Assembly: GCA_020049295.1 (NCBI GenBank)
Contig: JAIFLC010000018.1
Coordinates: 1 to 56,309 of the forward strand
From: Bacteroidota bacterium
Lineage (GTDB): Bacteria > Bacteroidota > Bacteroidia > Bacteroidales > UBA12077
Direction of reading: 5' to 3'
DNA length: 56,309 nucleotides
Of this stretch, positions 29,958 to 39,691 are shown piece by piece; the stretch's first letter is position 1, and every line of letters begins with the position of its first letter. The position numbers were made by a program, and so were the translations under genes. Under the pieces are notes generated by a model. It made no database searches and had not been told where the DNA came from. It saw nothing but the letters and a program-made list of their open reading frames with translations.

Positions 29958-32678
29958 ATGGAAAATACGTTAAAGATTACGATTAATGGGAAGGTTTACG
30001 ATTCTTCTCCCGGAAAAACGGTTTTAGATATTGCTCGTGCGAACAACGTTTACATACCAACGTTATGCTATCACCCACGAACAGGTAAGGCTGGTAAATG
30101 CAGAGCTTGTTTGGTAGAAATTGAAGGATTTCGTGGCTTAAAAGAAAGTTGTGCGCTCGAAGCTAAAGATGGTATGATTATTAAAACGGATACTGAACAA
30201 ATAAAACAAGTTCGTAAAATGATCGTTGAGCTCCATCTGTCAAATGGTGAGCATAACTGCATTGCTTGTGAAAAAAACGGACATTGTGAACTTCAGGATA
30301 TGGCATACCATTGTGGTATTGAGCGTCCAGGTTTTCCTGAGTATCACGAAACAATTCCATTAGATGACTCAGCTGAAGGTATTATCAGAGACCATAATAA
30401 ATGTATCGAATGCGGAAGATGTGTTACAGCATGTAATAATAATGTAATGCACGAAGTACTTGATTTTGGATGGCGTTCAGGACATACAAAAGTAATTTGC
30501 GATAATGATTTGCCAATGGGTGAATCGTCATGTGTTCAGTGTGGCGAATGTGTTCAGGTTTGTCCAGTTGGTGCGTTGACTTTCAAAAATGCAAAAGGCA
30601 AAGGTCCTTATTGGGAACTTGAAAAGAAAAAAACTATTTGTACTTATTGTGGTGTTGGTTGTTCCATTGATATGTATGTGAAAGATAACAAGTGGGTTTA
30701 TTCAATGGGAACCGAAGAGAATTGGGAAAAACAGACAAATAAAGGAATGCTTTGTGTGAAAGGTCGATTTGGTATGGATTTCCTTGATCGTGAAGATAGA
30801 TTAACAACTCCTTTAATTAAGAAAAACGGAAAATTTGTAGAAGCAAGCTGGGATGAGGCTCTAAATCTTGTTTCCAGTAAATTAGGTGAAACAAAAGCAA
30901 AATATGGTGCTGGCTCTATTGGGTTTTTTACATCAGCCAGAACATCAAATGAAGATAACTATGCAATGATGCGTTTTGCACGAGGGGTGATCGGCACGAA
31001 CAATGTCGACCATTGTGCGCGGCTTTGACATAGCTCTACGGTTGCGGGACTGGCAGCCACGTTAGGTTCAGGAGCTATGACTAATAGCTTACAAGAAACC
31101 GAGAAATCTGATATAATCTTTGTTATTGGTACAAATACTACCTGGAATCACCCTGTTTTTGGCGGAATGGTCAAGAAAGCAGTAAAACGAAAAGGTGTTA
31201 AGCTTATCGTTGTTGATCCTCGTGATATCGATTTGGCAAAATGTGCAAATCTTCATTTAAAACAAAGACCAGGATCTGATTCAGCTGTACTTATGGGATT
31301 ACAGCATATAATTGTTAAAGAAAATTGGTATAATAAAGCATTTGTTGACGAGAGAACTGAAGGTTGGGATGATTATGTTAAAAGTCTTGAGTTCTATACT
31401 CCTGAAAAGGTTGAAGAGTTAAGTGGTATTTCTAAACAGCTACTTATTGATGCTGCAAAATTATATGCTACTTCTGGCAGAGGAGCTCTTTATTATGCAA
31501 TGGGGATTACTCAGCATACACATGGTGTTGATAATGTTAAAGCTTGCTCTAATCTGCAAATGATACTTGGAAACTTTGGTCTTGAAGGTACTGGTGTAAA
31601 CCCACTGCGTGGACAGAATAATGTTCAGGGAGCTTGCGACATGGGTGCTCTTCCTAATGTATTTACAGGTTATCAGCCTGTTACGGTTGAAGAAAACCGC
31701 AAGAAATTTGCTGATGCCTGGGGTGTGAAGGTTGAAAATATGGACGACAAGGTTGGACAAACGGTTACAACCATGGTGAATAATGCTGGTGATTCTATAA
31801 AAGCAATTTATATTATGGGTGAGAATCCTATGATGTCGGATCCTAATTTACATCATGCTGAAGAGCAATTCAAGAAACTTGATTTTCTTGTTGTTCAGGA
31901 TATTTTTATGACTGAAACAGCACAGATTGCTGATGTAGTTCTTCCTGCATGTGCTTTTGCTGAAAAAACAGGTACTTTCGTAAATACTGAAAGACGTGTA
32001 CAAATTTCTAATAAAGCATTAAATCAACCTGGTATTGCTAAAAATGATTTTGGAATTATTGTAGAGTTAGCTAAACGTATGGGATGTGATACATTTCCTG
32101 AAACACCAGAAACCTTATTTGAAGAGATGAGACAACTAACTCCTTCGTATAAAGGAATGACATACGAAAGATTAGAGAAAGAATGTGGATTAAGGTGGCC
32201 ATGTCCTACCGAAGATCATCCTGGAACTCCTATTCTACATGTTGGAAAATTCTCAAGAGGCAAAGGATTACTTGTTCCAATAGAATATAGAGCACCTGAA
32301 GAAGTTATAAGCAAAGAATATCCAATCTGGCTTACTACTGGAAGATTATTGCAGCATTATCATACCGGATCAATGACCAGAAGATCGAAAGTTCTTAACG
32401 GCTTAGTGCCTTATGCTAAAGTGGAAATAAATGTTGTAGATGCTAAGAAGCTTAAAATAAAAGATGGAGAAAAAGTAAAAGTCTCTTCAAGAAGAGGTTC
32501 TATTGAGATTCATGCAGAGGTGACTAAGAAAATACAAGAAGGAATAGTATTTATTCCTTTCCACTTTGTTGAGGCTGCTGCAAATCAATTAACCAATGAT
32601 GCTTTGGATCCAATAGCTAAAATACCTGAGTACAAAGTGTGTGCTGTTAAAATTGAAAAAATAGCAGATTGTTGTTAA
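29958..32678 (+). CDS. fdhA: selenocysteine-containing formate dehydrogenase alpha subunit (N-terminal [2Fe-2S]/[4Fe-4S] domains plus molybdo/tungstopterin domain)
   Basis: ORFs 29958-31028 and 31077-32678 share one frame. The TGA at 31026-31028 sits in the canonical VDHCARL-U-HSSTVAGL active-site motif. Fe-S motifs CIECGRCVTAC, CVQCGECVQVCP and CTYCGVGCS lie upstream. Confidence 0.92.
31029..31070 (+). promoter_or_regulatory. candidate bacterial SECIS element
   Basis: A hairpin, GGTTGC (31040-31045) / GCAGCC (31053-31058) with loop GGGACTG, starts 11 nt after the UGA. It lies over the same V-A-G-L codons as the E. coli fdhF SECIS (GGUUGCAGGUCUGCACC), recalled from memory. Confidence 0.6.
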
Positions 32679-32698
32679 CCATTAAAAAGTTTTAATTG

Positions 32699-34429
32699 AT
32701 GAATGATAAATTAATAAATAGTATTCAGCAGATTATGGCTAAATATCCTAAAAAGGAATCTGCCTTAATGCCTGCTTTAACTCTTGTTCAAAAGGCTAAT
32801 GACAATAATTTAACCAAAGAACTAGTTGCTGAGGTTGCTGAAATAATTGGGGTTACTCCTTCAAGAGCTTATGGTGTTGCTACTTATTATTCAATGTTTA
32901 ATGTGAATAAAAACGTTGGAAAATACCACATTCAGGTTGATACAAATGTACCAGCTACTCTTATGGGTGCACTTAAACTATATAAATATATTAGTGATAA
33001 GCTTGGTATTAAACACGGAGAAACAACCTCTGATGGATTATTTACACTGTCGAAAGTTGAATGTCTTGCTTCTTGTGGTACTTGCCCTGTAATACAGGTA
33101 AATGATGTGTATTATGAACTTATGACTCCCGAAAAGGTTGATATGCTCATTGATTCACTTCGAAAAGGTGTAATGCCTGAATTACCTGTAGAATATAACT
33201 GGGAATCCCAATGCAATGTTCTATTGAAAAGAAGAGGTGAAAAAAATGCTACTTCTATAAGTGTATATAAAAAGACAGGTGGATATCAGGTTTTGGCAAA
33301 AGCGTTGAAAATGAAACCTGAAGATATAATAAGTGAAGTTAAAAACTCTCAGTTGCGTGGTCGTGGTGGTGCAGGTTTTCCTACCGGAGTTAAGTGGAGT
33401 TTTCTTCCTAAAAATACAGGAAAACCAGTATATTTAATTTGCAATGCTGATGAAGGCGAACCTGGAACATTTAAGGATCGTCAGATTTTAGCTTATGATC
33501 CACATTTACTTATCGAAGGAATGGCTATTTCGGCGCATGCATTAGGTTGTAAGTTGGCATTTATATATATACGTGGTGAGTTTAACTGGATTGCCCAAAT
33601 TCTTGAAAAAGCGATTGAAGAAGCTAAAAAAGATGGTCAATTAAAAGATCTCAATATTATCGTTCATCTTGGGGCCGGCTCATATATCTGTGGTGAAGAG
33701 ACTGCTCTTATTGAATCAATAGAAGGCAAAAGAGGATTGCCAAGAATGAAACCACCATTTCCTGCTGTTTCTGGTTTGTATAATTGTCCAACAATTGTAA
33801 ATAACGTTGAGACTTTAGCTAGTATACCATATATTGTTGAGAATGGTGCTGATGCTTTTAAAAAATGGGGTTCTGAAGGCGGATATGGATTTAAACTTTT
33901 TGGTGTTTCCGGAGCAGTAAATAAGCCTGGTGTTTATGAATGCCCAATGGGAATCACTTTTAAAGAACTTATTGAACTTGCTGGAGGAGTTAAAGGTAAA
34001 ATGATTGGGGTTATCGTTGGTGGTTTATCAGTTCCAATTTTAACTACTGAGGAATTGAAAAAAGGTGCCGGATTAAAAATGGATTATGAATCTTGTATCG
34101 AGTACGGTACTTCATTAGGTTCTGGAGGTATCATGGTTATTACAGATGAGTTTTCAATTCCTGAAATTGCTGCCCGTACTATTCAATTCTATAACCATGA
34201 ATCATGTGGTCAGTGTACTCCTTGTCGCCAGGGATCTGGTATGATGGTTAGCTTACTGAATAAAATTGTTTCTGGCAAAGGTGAAAAAGGAGATATTGAC
34301 AAAGTATTATGGTTTTGTGACAATATAAAAGGCAATACACTTTGTCCAACAGGTGAAGCTTATTCATCACCTATTAAGGCAATGATAAATAAATTCAGAC
34401 CGGAATTTGAGAAATTGATTACTAATTAA
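32699..34429 (+). CDS. NAD(P)H-binding FDH beta subunit, fused NuoE-like and NuoF-like domains
   Basis: The N-terminal part is a thioredoxin-like NuoE domain. It is followed by LRGRGGAGFPTGVKW (FMN loop), NADEGEPGTF and ESCGQCTPCRQG (N3-type [4Fe-4S]). The ATG at 32699 is preferred over the TTG at 32696. Confidence 0.88.
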   Translation: MNDKLINSIQQIMAKYPKKESALMPALTLVQKANDNNLTKELVAEVAEIIGVTPSRAYGVATYYSMFNVNKNVGKYHIQVDTNVPATLMGALKLYKYISDKLGIKHGETTSDGLFTLSKVECLASCGTCPVIQVNDVYYELMTPEKVDMLIDSLRKGVMPELPVEYNWESQCNVLLKRRGEKNATSISVYKKTGGYQVLAKALKMKPEDIISEVKNSQLRGRGGAGFPTGVKWSFLPKNTGKPVYLICNADEGEPGTFKDRQILAYDPHLLIEGMAISAHALGCKLAFIYIRGEFNWIAQILEKAIEEAKKDGQLKDLNIIVHLGAGSYICGEETALIESIEGKRGLPRMKPPFPAVSGLYNCPTIVNNVETLASIPYIVENGADAFKKWGSEGGYGFKLFGVSGAVNKPGVYECPMGITFKELIELAGGVKGKMIGVIVGGLSVPILTTEELKKGAGLKMDYESCIEYGTSLGSGGIMVITDEFSIPEIAARTIQFYNHESCGQCTPCRQGSGMMVSLLNKIVSGKGEKGDIDKVLWFCDNIKGNTLCPTGEAYSSPIKAMINKFRPEFEKLITN

Positions 34430-34452
34430 TATTTATTAACAAAAATCTAAAA

Positions 34453-35727
34453 ATGGAAACAAAAAAACACAATCGATGGCTAATTGCTATCATGGGAACA
34501 GTTCTTCAGTTGGCTCTAGGTACAGTTTATGCATGGAGCTTTTTTCAAAAACCAATTATGGCTGCATTTGGTTGGACAAATGTGCAAGTAATGTGGATTT
34601 TCAGTTTGGCAATTTGCTTCCTTGGTATTGGAGCTGCAATTGGTGGTATGATCTTGCCAAAATATGGTCCAAAAAAATTAGCAACTACTGGTGCTATTAT
34701 GTGGGGTTTGGGTTGGTTAATTGGAGCTTTGGCAATGTCTATGAATAGTTTAGTATTGCTTTATATTGGTTATGGTGTTATCGGTGGTCTTGGTTTAGGA
34801 TTAGGCTATGTAACTCCAGTTGCAACTGCAGCAAAATGGTTTCCTGATAAAAAAGGTTTCATTACAGGTATGGTAGTTATGGGATTTGGCCTTGGTGCAT
34901 TATTAATGTCTAAGGTTATTGCTCCAACCTTCATGAATATGTTTGATGGTAATTTAGTACAGGTATTCACATTTACAGGTATATCTCTTCTCGTTTTAGG
35001 TATTACTGCAGGTCTTATTATGAAAAACCCTCCAGCAGGTTTTGTTCCTGAAGGTTATACTCCTCCAGTAAAAAGTGCTGCAAGCCAAGGTCATGAAGAT
35101 AGCTTAACAGCTAAAGCTTGTATTTTATCAAGAAAGTTTTTAGGAATGTGGCTTATATTCTTTCTAAATATCGCTGCCGGTATTATGTTTATTGGTTTAC
35201 AATCGCCAATGTTACAAGATCTTCTTAAAAACACAGGAAGCACTCTTGATACAGCAGGTCTTGCAGCAGCAGGTGCTACACTAATTGCTATTAGCTCATT
35301 GTTTAATGGAGTTGGTCGATTCTTCTGGGGTGGTTTATCAGATAAGATTGGCCGTATCCAGGCTTTCCGTTTAATCTTAGGATCTCAAATTCTTGTTTTC
35401 GCAATGCTTGTTTGGGTTGGAAATCCTTGGTTATTTGGAATTATGGTTTGCTACGTTCTATTATGCTACGGTGGTGGATTCGGTACAATGCCATCATTTG
35501 TTGGTGATATTTTTACAGCAAAATTAATGCCTGTAGTGTATGGTGTTATTTTAACTGCTTGGTCTGTAGCAGGTATCGTTGGTCCACAGATTGCAGCTTA
35601 TATTAAAGATAACTTTGTTGAAACAGCTGCTACAAAAACATTTATTGCTGGTGCAATTATGTTGACTATTGGATTTGTTATTGCATTAACATTGACTAAC
35701 AAGTCTATTACTCATGGTAAAGAATAA
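34453..35727 (+). CDS. MFS transporter, oxalate/formate antiporter (OFA)-like
   Basis: 424 aa with about 12 predicted TM helices and an N-terminus (NRWLIAIMGTVLQLALGTVYAWSFF) typical of OFA-family MFS proteins. Sits next to the FDH genes. Confidence 0.8.
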   Translation: METKKHNRWLIAIMGTVLQLALGTVYAWSFFQKPIMAAFGWTNVQVMWIFSLAICFLGIGAAIGGMILPKYGPKKLATTGAIMWGLGWLIGALAMSMNSLVLLYIGYGVIGGLGLGLGYVTPVATAAKWFPDKKGFITGMVVMGFGLGALLMSKVIAPTFMNMFDGNLVQVFTFTGISLLVLGITAGLIMKNPPAGFVPEGYTPPVKSAASQGHEDSLTAKACILSRKFLGMWLIFFLNIAAGIMFIGLQSPMLQDLLKNTGSTLDTAGLAAAGATLIAISSLFNGVGRFFWGGLSDKIGRIQAFRLILGSQILVFAMLVWVGNPWLFGIMVCYVLLCYGGGFGTMPSFVGDIFTAKLMPVVYGVILTAWSVAGIVGPQIAAYIKDNFVETAATKTFIAGAIMLTIGFVIALTLTNKSITHGKE

Positions 35728-35811
35728 TTATATACATATTTGATTATTGACTAAATTTGCAAATACCTTCGAATATTGAAGGTATTTGCATTTTTATAAA
35801 AATATTAATCT

Positions 35812-36978
35812 ATGATTAAAAAGTCTGAATTTATAATTCTTGGATCGACCGGTAGAAATACAGGTAAGACAGAATTTGCATGCAGGCTTATAAATCGCTT
35901 TTCCAAAACATCAAAGGTTATCGGTATAAAGGTAACAAGCATTGATCGTGACGAAGGTTTTTGCCCCAGAGGGCCGGAAAGTTGTGGAGTTTGTGCATCA
36001 TTAAAAAATGAATATGATATAATTGAGGAAACGGAAAATAATACAGGTAAAGATACATCAAGAATGCTTAATGCTGGTGCTCATAAAGTATATTGGCTCA
36101 AGGTTGATAAAAATTATATAGAAAAGGGAATAAAAGCTTTAATTGAACAATTACCTATGGATGCATTGATAGTTGCTGAGTCAAATTCATTAAGAACGGT
36201 AATAGAACCAGGTCTTTTTATTGTAATTAAAAATAAAAATGACCAAACGATAAAAGAAGGGTGTTCTCAGGTTATCGGTTTTGCAAATAAAATAATCGAA
36301 TTTGATAATATGAGTTGGGATTTTTCTCCCGATAGAATATTGGTTAAAAATAATACCTGGATTATTAAAGAAAAAGCAACTGCTATAATTTTGGCTGGAG
36401 GAAAGAGCTCTCGTATGGGGGGCGAGGATAAAAGTCTTTTGCCTGTTGATGGTAAACCGATGATTTTAAATATAATTAACCAATTAGAAGATTACTTTGA
36501 TGAGATAATTATCGGAGCAAATGATAATGATAAATATCGTTTTTTAAACCGTATTATTATCCCTGATATTGAAAAAGAGAAAGGTCCGTTAATGGGTATT
36601 TTGTCGTGTGTTAAGGCATCATCAAATGAAATAAATTTTATTACTGCCTGCGATATACCTATTATGAATATTAAACTGATCCAGAATATGATTAACCTTT
36701 CGGCAGATGTCGACATTGTAATGCCAATAAAGGAACAGGATAAACATGAACCCTTATTTGCAATTTATAAGAAGAGTGTAATTAAAGATACAGAGTTAAT
36801 TCTGCAAAATAATGGACGAAAAATAATCGAATTGCTTAAAAAGGTTAAGGTAAGATTAGTAGAGTTTGATGCTGAAAATTGGTATCAGAATCTGAACAGG
36901 AAAGAAGATTATTATGGATTCATTAAAAAAGTCGAATATCGAAATTGTCAAAGAAATGACAGCCCTAAAAAACCATAA
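35812..36978 (+). CDS. mobA: MobB-like / MobA (molybdenum cofactor guanylyltransferase) fusion
   Basis: The C-terminal half has AIILAGGKSSRMGGEDKSLLPVDGKPM (MobA). The N-terminal half has GRNTGKT and TGKDTSRMLNAGAHKV (MobB-like), with an inserted CPRGPESCGVC motif. Confidence 0.75.
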   Translation: MIKKSEFIILGSTGRNTGKTEFACRLINRFSKTSKVIGIKVTSIDRDEGFCPRGPESCGVCASLKNEYDIIEETENNTGKDTSRMLNAGAHKVYWLKVDKNYIEKGIKALIEQLPMDALIVAESNSLRTVIEPGLFIVIKNKNDQTIKEGCSQVIGFANKIIEFDNMSWDFSPDRILVKNNTWIIKEKATAIILAGGKSSRMGGEDKSLLPVDGKPMILNIINQLEDYFDEIIIGANDNDKYRFLNRIIIPDIEKEKGPLMGILSCVKASSNEINFITACDIPIMNIKLIQNMINLSADVDIVMPIKEQDKHEPLFAIYKKSVIKDTELILQNNGRKIIELLKKVKVRLVEFDAENWYQNLNRKEDYYGFIKKVEYRNCQRNDSPKKP

Positions 36979-37145
36979 AATTTGTATGGTATATAACAGT
37001 TTTTTTTTATTTGAAACAGAATTTCTTTTTCGATAGAAAACCCTAAATTTGAAATATAAAAGTTAATCAATCATATTGTACATTATACAAGTAATTTAAA
37101 GTAAATAATTTATCTTGATAGCTAGAAATAAACTAATTAAACGTA

Positions 37146-37649
37146 ATGATCATGGAAACAAAAAAAAGAATTTTAATCGTTGATGATGATATTGATGTTA
37201 TAACCGTAATTAAAACTATTCTTACTAAAGCAGGTTATGAAGTTTTTTCTGCAATGAGTAAAGAGGAAGGTATCGAGATGCTTCGTTCCGTAAAACCAAA
37301 CCTTGCTATATTAGATGTTATGATGACCACACAGTTTGAAGGATTTGAATTAGCACAGGAAATTCTTCATAGTCCCGAATTTAAAGATATTCCATTTCTT
37401 ATTCAATCATCAATAGAAATTTTGGTAACCTCAAAGGCTAGTGTACAGCAGATGGCCAGAGAATATAGAGAAAATCCAGATTTTAAAGATTTACAGGTAT
37501 TATTATTTAAGAATATTACAGATGGTACAGCCGGTATTGATTATAAATCTGAAAATGGAAAATCGTATTGGTTTCCGGTAAAAGGATTTATTAGAAAACC
37601 AGTTGATGCTCAGAAACTTTTACCTGAGATTGAAAAGCATATTAGATAA
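37146..37649 (+). CDS. stand-alone response-regulator receiver protein
   Basis: ILIVDDD, phospho-acceptor context LAILDVMM, and a KP near the C-terminus. There is no output domain, and an insertion of about 50 aa lies between beta4 and beta5. Confidence 0.8.
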   Translation: MIMETKKRILIVDDDIDVITVIKTILTKAGYEVFSAMSKEEGIEMLRSVKPNLAILDVMMTTQFEGFELAQEILHSPEFKDIPFLIQSSIEILVTSKASVQQMAREYRENPDFKDLQVLLFKNITDGTAGIDYKSENGKSYWFPVKGFIRKPVDAQKLLPEIEKHIR

Positions 37650-37846
37650 TTTGCTCATAGAAAAGAAGTAATACAAAATAAAGGAATCCGGTTTACTGAT
37701 ATTTAGTTAAACTAACCGGAATAACTGATTTTTGTTTTTATATTTTTTAGTCTCATTTAGTAATTACGTTTATTTCTATTTCCAATTATAAGGTTATAAG
37801 TGTAATAACTATTTATTAGTCAATAAATAAATTTTAATAAACCTTC

Positions 37847-39619
37847 ATGTTTAATAAAAAAATTGTACCCATAAAACTAAGATTATTATTGCCGGTTGGT
37901 TTTATTATTATTGCAGTTATTTCAATTATAACTTCATGGTTTATTTATACATCCATTAAAACCTTTAATGCTCAGATGGAGAAAAACCTTGAGCTTGAAG
38001 TAAGGACAATATCTAAGATGTTCGAACGTGAGAGTATTTTAAAACTTAAAAATGTACAAACAAATCTTAAAGTTGCAAATCAACTTTTTTATGATTATCC
38101 TCTTGAAATACTAAACCAGAATATAATAATTGATGTTGAGAATCAAAAAACAGGACAAAAACATAAAGCATCAATTAAAAGGTGGAAACATAATAACTCG
38201 GATCTTTATGGAAGTACTTATTTTGTTGATAAAACACAAGAATTAATCGGAGGTACAATTTCAGTTTTTCAGAAAATTGATAGTGGATTTGTAAGAGTAG
38301 CTACAAATGTTAAAAAAGCAGATGGATCAAGAGCAGTTGGTACATATATCCCAAATAATTCGCCAGTTGTTGAGTCAATCATAAAAGGGCAAACCTATTA
38401 TGGTAGAGCAATTGTTGTAAACGAATGGTACACAACTGCCTATGAGCCAATTGTTGTTGATAATGATATTGTCGGAATTGTATATGTGGGTGACAAGGAA
38501 AAAGACCTAGCCGAACTAAAGAAGATTCTTTATACGCTAAAGATTGGTAAAAGTGGTTATCCATTTATTTTTGATAAAACCGGATATCAGCTTATTCATC
38601 CTACACATGAAGGTGAAACCTGGTCTGATAGTTCATTTCTTAACCCAATACGAAAAGCAAACCAAGGCATATTCTATTACCAACTTGATGATAGAGATAA
38701 AACTATTGCGTTTACCTATTTTGAAAAATTTGAGCTATATATTGGTGCATCAATCATAAGTAAAATAGAGAACAAAGAGTTAATCAATGATGCAATTATT
38801 GGTGCAAGTGTGGTGGGATTGATCGCAATTCTTTTTCTTCTCGGTTTTATATATTATTTTACTACAGAGCGCATATATAAATTTATTAAAATGCTGCAAG
38901 TGTCAAATAAAAAATTAGCCGATGCAGAACTCGCTCTAAAGCAATCTGAAAAACTAGCTACCATGGGGCAAATTTCAGCAGGCATTGCTCATGAACTTAA
39001 TAATCCTCTTGGTGTAATAACAATGTATAGCAACATAATACTTGATGAGCTTAAGGAAGATGATCCTCATATAAAAGATGTAAAGCTTATTGTAGAACAA
39101 GCAGACCGATGCAAGGGAATAGTTAGTGGATTATTAAATTTTGCCCGAAAAAACAAAGTTAAACCACAGGAAGTTAATATTAAAGAATTTATTCAGCGTA
39201 GTCTCGAATCAGTTGTTATACCTTTGAATATTAATACACAGGTTGTTATTCATACTCATGATTTAATTATTATGATTGACAGGGATCAGATGATGCAAGT
39301 ATTTACAAACCTTGAGAAAAATGCTTGTGAAGCAATGCCTCAAGGTGGTGAACTTATAATTGAGGTTAATGGGGATGATAAAAATATGGTTATTAAAATC
39401 TCAGATACAGGTATAGGGATTGCCGAAGAAAATTTGGATAAGTTATTTACACCCTTTTTTACTACAAAAGAAATTGGTAAGGGAACAGGTTTGGGTTTGC
39501 CTTTGGTATATGGAATAATTAAAATGCATAGAGGCAAAATTGATGTTAACTCTAATGCCGATAGTGCTGCCGGAAAAACAGGTACAACATTTATTTTAAC
39601 ATTGCCACGGGTATTTTAG
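37847..39619 (+). CDS. Cache-domain sensor histidine kinase
   Basis: N-terminal TM helix, a periplasmic Cache-like region (FVRVATNVKKADGSRAVGTYI...YYGRAIVVNEWYTTAYEPI), a second TM helix, an H-box (AHELNNPL) and an ATPase G-box (GKGTGLGL). Confidence 0.85.
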   Translation: MFNKKIVPIKLRLLLPVGFIIIAVISIITSWFIYTSIKTFNAQMEKNLELEVRTISKMFERESILKLKNVQTNLKVANQLFYDYPLEILNQNIIIDVENQKTGQKHKASIKRWKHNNSDLYGSTYFVDKTQELIGGTISVFQKIDSGFVRVATNVKKADGSRAVGTYIPNNSPVVESIIKGQTYYGRAIVVNEWYTTAYEPIVVDNDIVGIVYVGDKEKDLAELKKILYTLKIGKSGYPFIFDKTGYQLIHPTHEGETWSDSSFLNPIRKANQGIFYYQLDDRDKTIAFTYFEKFELYIGASIISKIENKELINDAIIGASVVGLIAILFLLGFIYYFTTERIYKFIKMLQVSNKKLADAELALKQSEKLATMGQISAGIAHELNNPLGVITMYSNIILDELKEDDPHIKDVKLIVEQADRCKGIVSGLLNFARKNKVKPQEVNIKEFIQRSLESVVIPLNINTQVVIHTHDLIIMIDRDQMMQVFTNLEKNACEAMPQGGELIIEVNGDDKNMVIKISDTGIGIAEENLDKLFTPFFTTKEIGKGTGLGLPLVYGIIKMHRGKIDVNSNADSAAGKTGTTFILTLPRVF

Positions 39620-39691
39620 AAAAAAAGATTAATCAGAATATTAAATTATTTTCAATACTTTATACTTTAATTCAATCTTAAAACAGACATT

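Noticed and set aside
31029-31076. Apparent 48-nt gap between two formate dehydrogenase ORFs.
   Set aside because: It is not intergenic. It is in-frame coding sequence (HSSTVAGLAATLGSGA) downstream of a Sec UGA, and it contains the SECIS candidate.
36983-36998. Single TGTAT-GGTATA-TAACA site after the mobA fusion gene, resembling one half of the tandem element.
   Set aside because: There is only one site, its left half-site is imperfect, it has no second site 17 bp away and no correctly spaced -7 box. It also overlaps a weak terminator hairpin and T-run, so it is probably coincidental.
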